64,000 nucleotides of DNA from Paraspadella gotoi. Lineage: Eukaryota > Animalia > Chaetognatha. Positions 34,887 through 48,820 of the stretch are shown here, one piece after another. The notes beneath the pieces were generated by a model. It had not been told where the DNA came from. It searched no databases and was given only the letters and a program-made list of their open reading frames with translations. Position 1 is the stretch's first letter. Each line of letters starts with the position of its first letter. The stretch covers positions 2,557,484 to 2,621,483 of the forward strand of contig CM119270.1 in assembly GCA_051294375.1 (NCBI GenBank), read 5' to 3'. A program made the translations under genes and the position numbers.

Positions 34887-36913
34887 AGGGAAAGTTCGAC
34901 TCGAATTTCACAAAAGAATTAATCGCGAAATAAGAAAATTAGGAGGGGGGGGCGGGAAAAAATCGGTGGATTTTCGAATCTTATTTTTTAGACATACTCG
35001 ATAAGATTGTTACGCGCCGATCATGATTTGGCACGACAGTGGCCTCGGGACTCTAATTGATATCTGTGTCCTGCCTCGCCCTTTTCCCGCGAAGATTCGA
35101 TTCGAACGTGAAGATTAATCATGATTATCATTATTGTGCAGAACGTCGCACAAGAAATCAGTGTCTCTTTTAAATCTGCGGACATTAAACGCTTTTTACC
35201 GCGTTGGTGGTTTATCTTTAAAAGTAACGTTTATTCACTATTAAATGAAAGTTTTAATGATTGAATGAATCAATGAATGGATAAATTTGAATGATTGAGT
35301 ATCAATTATTCAATGAATGAATAATGAAATAACTTTTCGAAGAAAATACTTTTTTTAAAAAAATGAACCAATATCTCATACCGGTAATTCTTCCTTGAAA
35401 GTCGTTTATCTTTGCACCTTCCCCTCCTCCTCTTCCTCCTCCTCCTCCTCCTCCTCCTCCTCCTCCAATTTCCCAGTTTGTTTGTTTAGCAGCTGCTTTG
35501 TTTTCTCTTTGTTTATTTTTCTTTCTTTTCTTTTTTCTTTTTTTTTCCGCCCGAAAGTCCGAAGTTTCTTTTCTTCATTTCCGCCTTTCGAGAATTTTCT
35601 TCGACTTCGCCTAAAATTCAGATCTAGAAAAATACTTTTTTTTCCTTTTTTTTTTTTTCAGTCACGGATTTCTCCGAGTCTGAATTAACGGAAAATAACA
35701 TTTCAAAAAGTAGTATTGAAACATAAAGACTTTGAGTGCCGCCTACCGGCCATATTTTCACGGGGAAACGGAGAAAGCAAAGTAAGGCGAAAGGGGGAAA
35801 AAAATGTCAATACAATTCTCCCTTTCTAAGATAAAAATGGAAGTTAAAACCTTTATAAATAAAAAAAGTGTGACTTTATGAGATATGGTCAAATAAATTT
35901 TAAAACCAATTTTCAAAAAAATACTGTTGATCATTTTCGAAACAAAAGGCGGCAGTGACCGACATTTGGTATTTTTCGCAATTAACTCAATTTAATTTGA
36001 ATGAATAAATTGAAAGTTATCCTACCAAAAACGTTTGATAGAATTTCCCATTGGCTAAATCATCGTCCAATCATCAGCCAGCATTCCTTAATTTTAAAAA
36101 TACAAACGTAAAAAAAAATTGGAAGAAAGAAATTCTTAATATTTTTCCTCACAAATTCGTTTGTTTTTGATCAACAACAGAAAATGACAAATCTATCAAA
36201 ATATTTCTCTAAAGAGAGAGAGAGAGAGAGAGAGTTGAATTTTTTTATCCCTCGGCGTTTTTAATGAGGTAGAATTTCATGAAAGGCTGCTTCTCTTTCT
36301 CTTTCTCTTTCTATTTTTCAGCATCATTGAGACGAAGGCAAGCGCCGGGGATAAACATTAACAGATCTACTCGAGGCAAAGAAAAAAGGAAAGAAAGAAA
36401 GAGGGAATAAAACAGAAAGAAAGAAAGTAAGAAAGTTAAATGAAAAAAAAATAAAAGAGAAATTAGAGAAAATTAAAAATGTTAAGATAGACAAACCATC
36501 ATGGATATAAACACAAAATTTAGAAGAAAAAAAACATTTCAGAAAATGTACAAACAACAGTTTTGTAATTATTCGATTTTTAGTTTGACTTGTGTTTGCC
36601 ACATGTCGTAACAAACCCACTTACACATATTTTTTTCCCTTTCGGTCTCCTTCTCCCTCTCTGTCTCTCTCTATCTCCCTCTCTCTCACTCACGGGGGTC
36701 CTGTCCCTCAGGAACTGGAACATATGCAGCCACTCCCGCTTCCAATCGGCTCAAAAACCTCGTCTTCCCCAATCGGCTTAAATTTTGAGTAGCTCTTGAG
36801 GTCAAAGTTCAAACGGGTTTAAATAATTGAGACTTTTGCATAGCAAGTTCATTTAGGTTTCAATCAAAATACTATCTAACTTTTGTGATAATTTTTTTGT
36901 CATTATATGATAA
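33011..36913 (+). repeat. ~3.9-kb direct duplication, copy A
   Basis: Colinear with 37895-41731 throughout, differing mostly by small indels. Confidence 0.92.
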
Positions 36914-36915
36914 AC

Positions 36916-37600
36916 GATGAAGAGGATCAGAGAGTTTCAGGCGTGTGGCTTCGACTGGGGACAGTGGAGGCAGAGTGTCTACGCTTGAGCACGGCAGAGA
37001 CGCCGTAGGCACATTAGGACGTGTTGGAGGAGAGGTTGGTCCGCTCGGCAAAGCGCATCTATTACGTCATTCTGGTGACCGGCCGCTGTCGATGGAGACG
37101 TTTCGCACCGTCATCACCGGCGCCTGAGGGAATCAAACCCGTACGGCCTTTAACGCGAATTAAGGCAGCGATGCTCAAAGATGCTTTTACTTAACGCCAG
37201 CGACATTTATATCCGGGGATTCGCAGAAATCGGAACGACGCCGTGTCTACTCACCGTCTCCGTCTTCCGCGATCATGCGTTTTGGAGATAACCAAGCGTG
37301 GATCTAATCTCTCAATTCGAAGCGACGCCTTTCTCCGCGACATCGCAGTGCTGTACAGGAGCCTGGGATTTCAGTCTCAATCGCCGCGAAACGTTGTGCA
37401 AACACGCTTCCGGACTCAAAGGTCCGGCCAGCTCGTCCTGCTGTTACGAACCAAAGTCGAGGAGCGAGTGGAGGGCTTGGCGTTATCGAAAGGGTGCAAT
37501 GGCGACGAGTACCACACGTGCGACGCGCGTAGTGACTGTGACACCCAGCACAGGCACTTACAATGACGCGAATGGAAAATATTTGAACGCGATCGATTAA
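36916..37600 (+). pseudogene. Frameshifted coding-like segment of unknown identity
   Basis: GC-elevated, high-complexity island with overlapping + strand ORFs; fragments IYYVILVTG and AVLYRSLGFQ. No continuous frame. Confidence 0.3.
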
Positions 37601-37894
37601 AGACGTCCGTTTGGAATTAGATGAGGAAAGTTAAAAAAAAAATACGATTAACTCATCCCTCAAAGAACTAAAACTCTTTGTGACTATTTTATTCCATTAA
37701 TTGCTGGTGCAATAACCGATTCCTTTTCAAGAAGGCTTCGAATCGAAAAAACAGAAAATTCGTTTTTTCCCAAATTCTTTGATTTCGCTTCGATCGAATT
37801 TACCCATAGGGAATGGCACCTAACTAGAAATCAGATAAATGTTTTCAGATTGAATTTTTTGATTTTTATTTTTTACTGTTTAAGACAATCGTTT

Positions 37895-39757
37895 CAATGT
37901 GATTGTGAAAAGGGCAAAATATCAACATCACGTAAATAAACAAGAACTCCATTGATGCGTAATCATGAAGAGTTTTTGGTGTTCGATTAAATAGTTAACA
38001 TAATAATATCTTTATCTTCAATAAATGTGTTTTTCATTGGTTGACCAAATGACCATCGATGGCGATAATTTAAAAAGCCGACAGTAAATTGGGGTTAACA
38101 GGAATTCAAACCTAACAAATTATTTCGCTAGTTATATTTCAGTTTTAAAATAATTTTTATATATATAATATATTTTTAATCCATAATACAATAATATAAC
38201 GTAAGGTGGGGAAAGAAAAATTTTTTCTTTAATCAATCTGAAATCTTTAAAAAAAAACTTTCTCTCTCTCTTTCGTCTCAATGTCTCGTTTCTTCCACCA
38301 CCGTCTGCTCGAAAAAACTCCTTTTAAATTCGGCCTCTTATCTCGACATCCCTTCAACTAACTACCTTCCTTACCTAGTCCTTCAAACGCCCCCTTTATC
38401 CGTGATCATCATCAGTGAAAAAAAATCACGATCTTAATCTTCACTTCGGCTCTCTACGACTTTTTTTTTAAATTCGAGAAAGGAAGAGTTAAGGTGAGAG
38501 AAATTGAGTGGGAAAGGTAAGAAAATAAGGAATCAGTTTGAGGGTGAGGTGAAAGGGACGAGTGTGAATCACATTGTGATTGAGATGGTAAAAAAGATTA
38601 TAATTTTGACCACACCACCACCAATTCATCAGTATCAGTGTCCAGTGTCATCCATACGGAACAGCCTAACGCACAAAAGCCTTTCCCTTTCCAAGGCTAC
38701 TAAAGGTTATTAACTAATTAATATTAATGAGAATCCGAACAAAATTAATTCTTATCTTAGCAGACTTAATTGCGTACAAAAATATCAACGGCCAAGTTTC
38801 CAACGCCCCCACTCTCCCTTTTCCCAATCTTCCCTTCCCCTCTCCTCCCTTCACCTCCCCTTCCGCCTCTCTCTCTCCCCCCCTCTTCTTCCTCCTCTCT
38901 CCATTCCACTCTCCCCTCCCCCTCTCTCCCTTCCCCTCTTCCGCTCCCTTCTATCCATTCCCTCATCACCTTCCTCTCCCGCCCTCCCCTTTACCTTTCC
39001 TTCTCCCCTCTCCCTCTCCCTTCCCTCCACCTCTCCCCCTTCCCCTCCCCACTCTCCCCCTTCCTCCCTCTCTCTCCTTCCTCCCTCTGTGGGACCTCGG
39101 GTCTCACTAAAAATCGGACTCTCTCGTCATCGGACGGGAAATTATCCTACCAAATCGAACGGAAAGCTTTTCTCGCTCTTCTTTAATCCAGCCGGTATGC
39201 TATCACGCTCCTCTTCACCTCATTCCTTCATTATTCTTCTCTCTCCTTCGCTCGCCTTCACCTTCGTACCTTACTCTCTTCTCCACTCCCCCCCAAACGA
39301 AACCCGCCAAATGGCGGACTCTGTGGGCCACTTTGGGGCAGTACAGAAGAGAAGAAGAAGAAGAAGAAGAATAGAAAGTTATGAGGAAAGAGAAACGAAA
39401 TCTTTGGTTTTTAAAGACGAAATGTTCGAACATCCGCGATTTTGTTTTGTTTTTCCCGTTTTTCATTCTCTTTCGTGAGTTTCTTACAAGCCGACAATTT
39501 CTTTTTTTTTCTTTTTTTTTCTGTTGTATTTTCTTGGTCTTGTCCTCTTTTCTTTCCTAATCATGTCCGTTCATTGGTCCGCAACAGGTAAGAAAAAAAA
39601 AAAATATGCAAATAGGTTTTGTAATTATATGTAGTAAGTATAAATGTAGAAATGTTTAGCAAACAATGCCTCGCCAATTTTTTTATCCTTGACTTTTCTT
39701 TTTCATTTCTCCAGGTTCAAGTTCGACTCCAGGTCTCTTCTCAAGGTGTCTCTCTCT

Positions 39758-39791
<34 letters not shown>

Positions 39792-41060
39792 TGAGGGAAA
39801 GTTCGACTCGAATTTCACAAAAGAATTAATCGCGAAATAAGAAATTAGGAGGGGGGGGCGGAAAAAATCGGTGGATTTTCGAATCTTATTTTTTAGACAT
39901 ACTCGATAAGATTGTTACGCGCCGATCATGATTTTGGCACGACAGTGGCCTCGGGATCTAATTGATATCTGTGTCCTGCCTCGCCCTTTTCCCCGCGAAG
40001 ATTCGATTCGAACGGAAGATAAGAAGATTATCAATGATTATCATTATCATTAAATCTGCGGACATTAAACGCTTTTTTACCGCGTTGGTGGTTTATCTTT
40101 AAAAGTAACGTTTATTCACTATTAAATTGAAAGTTTTAATGATTGAATGAAATCAATGAATGGATAAATTTTGAATGATTGAGTAATCAATTATTCATGA
40201 ATGAATAATGAAATAACTTTTCGAAGAAAATACTTTTTTAAAAAAAATGAACCAATATCTCATACGGTAATTCTTCCTTGAAAGTCGTTTATCTTTGCAC
40301 CTTCCCCTCCTCCTCTTCCTCCTCCTCCTCCTCCTCCTCCAATTTCCCAGTTTGTTTGTTTAGCAGCTGCTTTGTTTCTTCTTGTTTATTTTTCTTTCTT
40401 TCTTTTTTTTTTTTTTTCCGCCCGAAAGTCCGAAGTTTCTTTTCTCATTTCCGCTTTCGAGAATTTTCTTCGACTTCGCCTAAATTTCAGATCTAGAAAA
40501 ATACTTTTTTTCCTTTTTTTTTTTTCAGTCACGGATTTCTCCGAGTCTGAATTAACGGAAAATAACATTTCAAAAGTAGTATTGAAACATAAAGACTTGA
40601 GTGCCGCCTACCGGCCATATTTTCACGGGAAACGGAAGAAAGCAAAGTAAGGCGAAAGGGGGAAAAAAATGTCAATACAATTCTCCCTTTCTAAGATAAA
40701 AATGGAAGTTAAAACCTTTATAAATAAAAAAAGTGTGACTTTATGAGATATGGTCAAATAAATTTAAAACCAATTTCAAAAAAATATCGTTGATCATTTC
40801 CGAAACAAAAGGCGGCAGTGACCGACATTTGGTATTTTTCGCATTAACTCAATTTAATGAATGAATAAATTGAAAGATCCTACCAAAAACGTTTGATAGA
40901 ATTTCCCATTGGCTAAATCATCGTCCAATCATCAGCCAGCATTCCTTAATTTTAAAAATACAAACGTAAAAAAAAATTGAAAGAAAGAAATTCTTAATAT
41001 TTTCCAAAATTGTTTTTGTCAACAACAGAAAATGACAAATCTATCAAAATATTTCTCTAA

Positions 41061-41093
<33 letters not shown>

Positions 41094-41731
41094 TTGAATT
41101 TTTTTATCCCTCGCGTTTTAATGAGGTAGAATTTCATGAAAGGCTGCTTCTCTTTCTCTTTCTCTTTTCTATTTTTCAGCATCATTGAGACGAAGGCAGA
41201 CGCCGGGATAAACATTAACAGATAGGCAAAGAAAGAAGAAGAAAGAAATAAAGAAAGAAGTGAAAGTTAAATGAAAAAAAATGAAAATTAGAGAAATTAA
41301 AAGATAGACAAACCATCAATGGATATAACACAAAATTTATGAAGAAAAAAAACATTTCAGAAAATGTACAAACAACAGTTTTGTAATTATTCGATTTTTA
41401 GTTTGACTTGTGTTTGCCACATGTTCGTAACAAACCCACTTACACATATTTTTTTCCTTTCGGTCTCCTTCTCTCCTCTCTGTCTCTTCTCTATCTCCCT
41501 CTCTCTCACTCAGGGGGGTCCTGTCCTCAGGAACTGGAACATATGCAGCCACTCCCGCTTCCAATCGGCTCAAAAAACCTCGTCTTCCCAATCGGCTTAA
41601 ATTTGAGTAGCTCTTGAGGTCATAGTTCAAACGGGTTTAAATAATTGAGACTTTTGCATAGCGAGTTCATTTAGGTTTCAATCAAAATACTATCCAACTT
41701 TTGTGATAATTTTTTTGTCATTATATGATAA
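37895..41731 (+). repeat. ~3.9-kb direct duplication, copy B
   Basis: Colinear with 33011-36913. Confidence 0.92.
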
Positions 41732-41782
41732 TCCTTTCTTTTCGTTTAAATGATTTAGAGAAAACAAAGTTTTTATTAGTTT

Positions 41783-41879
41783 CAACGAATTTGTTTTTAT
41801 TGGAAAACAGACCATGTTTCGGCTTTGGTTTCAAGCCTTCTTCAGTGTTTGTGAATTAGACAAAATATTGTGCAAAAGA

Positions 41880-41917
<38 letters not shown>

Positions 41918-42258
41918 AAAGTTTCCAACAAGTGGTGAGACAGAATAGTGGTCAGAGGTGAGGACAGGGTAAGTTGAACACAGATTGAGTGAGTTTTTGA
42001 AAAGAAATGAAATTTGTTAGAGAGAAAGAGAGAGAGAGAAGATAGACTTAACAGGGATAAATAAATATTAAAAATATACATTGTGCAATGTACAACAGTG
42101 ATAAATGTTTAAAACTGAAAAAGATTGGTGAGAATTTTTTAACAATTGCAAAAGAGTGAATCTCTTTTGCACAATATTTTGTCTAAATCACAAACACTGA
42201 AGAAGGCTTGAAACCAAAAGCCGAAACATGTCTGTTTTCCAATAAAAAAATTCGTTGA
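41783..42258. mobile_element. ~100-bp inverted repeats around a ~280-bp core (MITE/foldback-like)
   Basis: 41783-41880 is the reverse complement of 42163-42258; the right arm ends at an N gap. The flank 41754-41783 recurs inverted at ~45757-45789. Confidence 0.6.
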
Positions 42259-43442
42259 NNNNNNNNNNNNNNNNNNNNNNNNNCCTTTCTTCTTTTTTTA
42301 AACTAACATAAAATGTCCTCAAAAACTCCTCTGGTCTCGAGTTGAGGTGGCTCGTCCGAGATGTTTCTTAAACCTTTGACATAAAATCGAAGCCTTGACG
42401 CAAGAGAAGGAGGATGAGGAGGAGAAGTGGAGGAGGGGGAAAGGAGGAGGAGGAAGGAGGAGGAAGAGGATCATGATCATGAAATGACGATAGCAAGAGT
42501 CAAGTCAGGGAAAAGCATCTCTGGACTAGGAGTCGGGGAAAGGGACTTTTCAAAATGTGAGTAAATAGGGAAGATGAATACGACTATGAGGTCGACAGCG
42601 AGAGGGACAACAACGACGCACAAACGACAACAACGACACGAACGATTAAAGAAAAAACTATAAAAAAATGGGCCGGTTATGAGTGTCGACAAACGACGAC
42701 GACGAAGAACGAACGACGACGTAGACGAACGACGACGATGAAGAACGACGACGACGACGAAAACGACGAAGACGATGAAGACGACGACTATGAAGAGATG
42801 ACGACGACAGACGATGAAGTCGAGGACGACGACGAAGACGACGACGACGACCTACCACCAAATAAAAATTCCCGACGAACGACGATGAAGATAACAATAA
42901 GACAAAAAAAATTCATTGCGGATGTTGTTATTGTTTGTCGTCCGTCCGTCGTCATCCCATGCAATTTTCCGATTTTAATTTCAGATTTTTGAAGGAATTT
43001 CGATCTCTTCAAAAAAATTTGGACAAGTGGGTACAAAGTTTGACTAGGTTCCTCGTTTTCGAGTGTCCAAACGATGACGTCTAAGATGATGGACGAGGAC
43101 GACGACGACGAAACACCAACCTAAATATTTCCAGAACTTAACTTAAAGACTTTTGGAATTGAACGGCATCGGACTCGATGAACGGTGGACTGGAAATTTT
43201 AGAGATATTGGGTGGAAAATTTTGCTTTCTTTTATTAATCAATTTCTTTTTCTTTTAATAATAAATTTAAATCTCATGCGAATATCAGTATAAGATATTT
43301 TCTTATTTTTTGGTTTCGCCTTTACGTTAATTTCTGTATTACAAAAAATGATTAAAAAGAAAAAAAAAATAAGAAGAGTGTAATTATTTTAAATCACACA
43401 TCTGTCGAAACCTTTGACCTGAAAATTTACCAGTTTTAATAT

Positions 43443-43501
<59 letters not shown>

Positions 43502-44668
43502 CTCTCTCCTCTCTTCCCTTCCTCTTCATCTCACACAACATTCCTCCCAGTTCATTTTCCGCTCCTCCTCCTCCTCCTCCTCCTCTCCTCCTCCTTCCTT
43601 ATTTTTCATTCACGTCTCCTTTTTCTTCCTCCTTTTCCACATCAACGAAGAAGGAAAGAGGACGCGACGTCATTTTCACGTGAAACACTTCTTATTTTTT
43701 TCCGTGTTTTTTGCTTTTTTTTTTCATTTTGGGGTTGAAAAAAATTATGAAAAACTAAACAAACTAAACTAATAATACTAAAAACGCCTCGACCCTTTTT
43801 ATACAAAACTGAGATTTGAAACATTACGTCGGTGAAAAAAAATATGTGTCCGTTCGGGCTGGCAGTTTTGGTGCTCCACATTTTCTTCTGGGTGATTTTC
43901 CTAACTGAGGAAAACTCGAACCATTTTTAGCGTCGCGCCGTTTATTATATAAATTTATATTTGTAAATTTCCCCCAAAAAAAATTATCTGGATTTTTTTT
44001 TATATTCTTCGCTGATTCAGCATTCACATTCACCATTCACATTCACATTTTAAAAATCCAGTTCAATGCGTTAAATATAAATTAAGGCATATTCCGGAGA
44101 AAAAAATTGTTTAAAATAATTAAAACGTAAAAATATTAGAAACTAAACGACAATGATGCGACATGCAGCAATGAAACGGCCTCAATGAATTGTAGACATG
44201 CAAAACGGAAATAGATGCCTATGCAAGCAGATACTTCGCTTTTATAATTATGAATAATACCATTTTCACTGTACTATATTTAAAAATTGGTTTAAAAACT
44301 ACTTTCCGCTTCGGCAAGAGGGCGACAAGAAGCACAGGTTTTTAGAGTTTCTAGCCGCAGCGATATTGATTGACCGTCGGCGAAAAGGCGGATGGGAAGG
44401 GCGGAAGGCGGGCGAAGTGGGCGGGAGGCCCGGCCGGAAAGTAGGGGGCGGGGCGGCCGGAGAAGGTTTGGGGGGTTGGATATGTCTAGATCGTGGTCGA
44501 GATCTATGGTTAATCGGCGATCGGCAAAGAGACGCGAGAGACGCAAAAGACGGCGAGAATAAGAGAATTTCGACGAGAGTTCAAAATGAATGGGAGGAAG
44601 AAAATCTTCTCTTTCATTCCAGAGGCCAAAATCGGAGTTTTTTTTTGTTTTTTAGTGGAGAGAGAGAG

Positions 44669-44739
<71 letters not shown>

Positions 44740-45039
44740 AGAGGGAGAGAGTCAGAGACCAAGAGAGTTGAGAGAGATAGGCAGTGAAAAAAAGACGGGA
44801 ATAAGATTTAGAGAAAGAAAAAAAGAGTAAAGAAAAAAAGAAGAAGTGGATGGTTGAAAGATCCGTGGAGGAGGAATTGGATTAGAGACGGAGTGACAGA
44901 TAAGAAAAATCAGAAGGAAAAGAAAAAAAAGAAAAAAGACAAGAGAAAGATCATGATAGAATGAGAAATCTCATCTGGAAGAGGAAATTCGGAGATTCGA
45001 GAGAGAGAAGAAAATGAAGAAGAGATAGAAAGTATGATA

Positions 45040-45300
45040 AAGAAAGGAAAACAGAGAGATTAGAAGAGAGAAAAGGAAATGAGAAGAGATTAGAAAGAAA
45101 GAAAGGAAATTGAGAAAGAGATTAGAAAGAGAGAAAAGGAAATGAGAAGAGATTAGAAAGAAAGAAAAGTAAAGAATGAGAAGAGATTATAAAGAAAGAA
45201 AAGGAAAAATGAGAAGAGATTTAGAAAGAAGTAAATAGGGAAAAATGGTGAAGAATTAGAAAAGAATCAAAGGAAAAGAAATTGAAGATTAGAAAGGAAA
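45040..45300. repeat. ~29-bp purine-rich minisatellite
   Basis: gagattagaaagaaagaaaggaaatgagaa units. Confidence 0.75.
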
Positions 45301-46619
45301 AAGAAAAGGTAAAATGATTAAAAGAGAGTAAAAAAGAGAAAGAAAAATTAAAAGGAGAGATGGGAAAGAGTACGAAAGAAAAAATAAATGGAAAGAGATT
45401 AGATATGAAAAAAGAAATAAACGAAGAGATTAAAAGGAAAAAAAATGAAAAAAGGTTTAGGAAAAGGAAAAAATCTTTTAAATTTTTTGTTCTTTTTCCT
45501 CGGTTCCATTTTTTCCAGTTCCACTTTTCGTCTGCTCTTTTCCTCTGCATTCCTGCGATTTCCAAAGATTAGTGGCAGCGGGGAAATCTTGCTTGCCTGC
45601 TATTGCTTACCTGATTTGCTTTCCTTTTTGTCTTCTCTTTGCAGGCCGTTTTGCTTGCTGTCTCGGTGAATTTCGATACCGGTTTTGTCGCTCTCTCACT
45701 GCTATTGCTTACTGATATTGGCTTCCTTTTTGCTTCTCTGCAGTCCGTTTTGCTTTGAAACTAATAAAACTTTGTTTTTTCTCTAAATTTTTTTGTCTAA
45801 TTTTTCCATGTTTTTCAAACATTACAGTCAATCCATTCCTAATTTGTACAATCCAATAAAATGAAATACAGTAAACAATCCTAATTACTAATCGGGATTC
45901 TAAACATTTTCATGTCAGATCTTAAAATTACATGTCAGAGTGAAAACTTTCTTTTCAAATGATCTTACTCTCAACGTAACCCTCACGCGGGTCAGCTTTT
46001 CTTGACCTCGGTTTTTACCCCCCGGGGCGGGAACCGCAGTCAAAAAAAATACCTTAGCTAACGCAACACATGCGTCGTCGTCGTCATCGTCGTCGTCGTC
46101 GTCTTCGATTCTTTATTTATCCAACCGCAAATATTTCCCCTCATTTTTTAATGGGGAGAAGTACATTAAGCTGTTGTGGAAGGAGAAGCATGCGGCATAG
46201 CATAGTTGAAACTTAGTGTGCAGGTGAAAATTTGATTAATATTTTTTGTAGAATCCTTTGCAGGTTGTAGATGAATAATTAGAGAATAATAAATAGTTAA
46301 TAATTCGTAATACCCGATAAGCAGTTAAATTTAATTTTAATTAAATAGCGTTTCAGCCCTACTATGAAATATTACCTTTTTTTCACTTTTATTACATTAA
46401 TAAATTACGAAATTCGATAAAAAAGCGAGGCGGCTCATCAAAGGTGGTTTCGAGAATACTTAGGAATTCCGAGTTAAAGCCCCCCCNNNNNNNNNNNNNN
46501 NNNNNNNNNNNAAAAAAAATTCCTAAATGTGTTATGTATAGAAGGAGGAAGAAAAACAAAAACCCTTTCGATGTAAACAATGGGGTGGGAGAGGAGAGAT
46601 AATCGTAACTCCCCCACAT

Positions 46620-46650
<31 letters not shown>

Positions 46651-46815
46651 CGAGAGAGAGAGAGAGAGGAAGAGCGAGAGAAGAGAGAGAGAGGAGAGAA
46701 GAGAGAATGGGGAGAGGAAAAGGGCGTCCGCATGTTTGGACCCGGCAATATTTTTTTTTCCTGGGAAAAGTTCTGGAGAGTTTTTGATTCTCGGCCACTA
46801 ATTGCCGTTCTCTCT

Positions 46816-46850
<35 letters not shown>

Positions 46851-47665
46851 TGCTCTCTCTCTCTCTCGCTCTGCTTCTCTCTACGCGCTTCTCTCTCTCG
46901 CGTAAGGAGCATACGTGTTACGGCGAAGAATAAACGTGGTGAAGCCGAAGTCAAAAGATAAAGAAAACAATGTGAACATTCAAAAGGAAACACATCGGCA
47001 GAGAACCAAACAGAACCAGATCGGCCACCCCCCCCGGGGGGTTGGGGGGGGAGAGGTGAAGAGAGCAAGAGGTAGAAGGAGATAGGGGAAGGGTTGGCGG
47101 GGAGGACTGATAAGAGGGCGGGGAAAAAGCAAAGAACATGTGACAGCGCTGAGTGTAAAGTTATGAGAGAAAATCGGGGGGAAAAAGTTGTCGGGGATAT
47201 AAAATGAAGGAAAAATATAAATGATTTGAGAATTGTCGGAAACTGCAGAGTAATTTTATCAGATAAGAGTTCTTGTGGCGAAATATATGCGCCAATATTT
47301 CAATTAAACAGTAGCAAGATTCATTTTTCAACGGCGCGTCCAACTTAATTTTGTGAGTCTCCTCGTCGCGAAATCGAAGTTGGATGGAGACCGAATCTAA
47401 CTGCATGTGACCAATAACAATGCAGTAAGGGATCGAAGTCGATTCGATCAAGTTAGTCAAATAGGAGGAGGATACATATTCTGTTTTGTTTACGATAAAT
47501 AGTTGCAAACGGTTTTCATTCCTACAATGAAAACGCAATTACAATTTAAATGATAACCTGACAATATTTTAAAAATATGCTTTTCAGAGGAACCGCAGCT
47601 TAGATTCAAAGTTTTGTTGTATCAATTAAAAAATATCAATTCAAAAGTAATACAATTTGATACCG

Positions 47666-48820
47666 GTGTTGCTAAATCATGCTGTAAGATCCATGCAGCC
47701 AAAAAATAGGCTATAAGAATTCAATCGCAGCCAAATCACATCGGCAAGATCCAATCTGCCGCAAATCAACCATTTAATATCAATGCGGCCAAATCGACAC
47801 GCTGCGCGGGGGCCGGGATTTTTTGAAATCTCTGAGAAAAAAATTTAAAGTTTTTCACAAAACTCTCGCGAGACAAGAAATCTATCCCTCCCTGCTCTGT
47901 CTGCTCTCTCTTCTCTCTTCTCCATCTCTCCTCTCTCTCTCTCTCGATCTCTCTCTCTCTCTTACTACTCTTTTGCTCTGCTCTCGAACGAACGGACGTA
48001 TGCATCGAGCTCTGAAATTTTTCGGAATTAACAGTAACAAAAAAACACTAAAAAATCTAAAAAAACAAAAAAAAACAAACTTTTTCGTCAATTTCTCTAA
48101 ATTTATATTCATGCCTTATCCTTAAAATATGCCAAGTTTATCCAAAAGAAAACAATACTAACATACATAGATCAGCTGATGTTTCTCACAGCGCTCTAGA
48201 CCAATAGACAGGTGTTATGTCGTCCAAAACAAAGAGGACACGAATTGCGTCAAACCAGAAAAGTCGTGGAAAAACTAAAAACTCCAAAGATACTGCTTTT
48301 TGAAAATGATACAGAAATGAGATTTTTTGAAAGAAACATTTCTACTAATGAAGTTGAAACACGCCTTTTTCAAAGATTTTGAACTCTCAAACCCAGAACG
48401 TAAGTCTGCTTGCCCGCCGTCTAATAAGTCTGGGCTATAACAAAAATGCTAGTCCAACATCAATATAACACAAAATGTCTCACCCTCATTCTCTCTGGGG
48501 GGTGTTGCTAAATCAATGCTGTAAGATCCATGCAGCCAAATAAATGCTATAAGATCCATGCAGCCAAATCAATCGGCCAAATCAATCTGGCCAAATCAAC
48601 TCATNNNNNNNNNNAATGCTGTAAGATCCATGCAGCCAAAAAAATACTATAAGATCCATGCAGCCAAATCAATTCGGCCAAATCAATCTGGCCAAATCAA
48701 CACATTTAAATCAATGTGGCCAAATCGACACGGCTGCGCGGGAGGCCAGGGATTTTTGAAATTTGAGAAAAAAATTTAAAGTTTTTCACCAAAACCTCGC
48801 GAGACAAGAAATCTATCCCT
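47666..48820 (+). repeat. Two copies (47666-47888, 48501-48819) of an element with internal atgctgtaagatccatgcagccaaa repeats
   Basis: Both begin ggtgttgctaaatc and end cgcgagacaagaaatctatccct. Confidence 0.8.

Noticed and set aside
42690-42900. Acidic D/E-rich ORF
   Set aside because: Explained by (ACG/GAC)n microsatellite, abundant across the window; no clear splice context.
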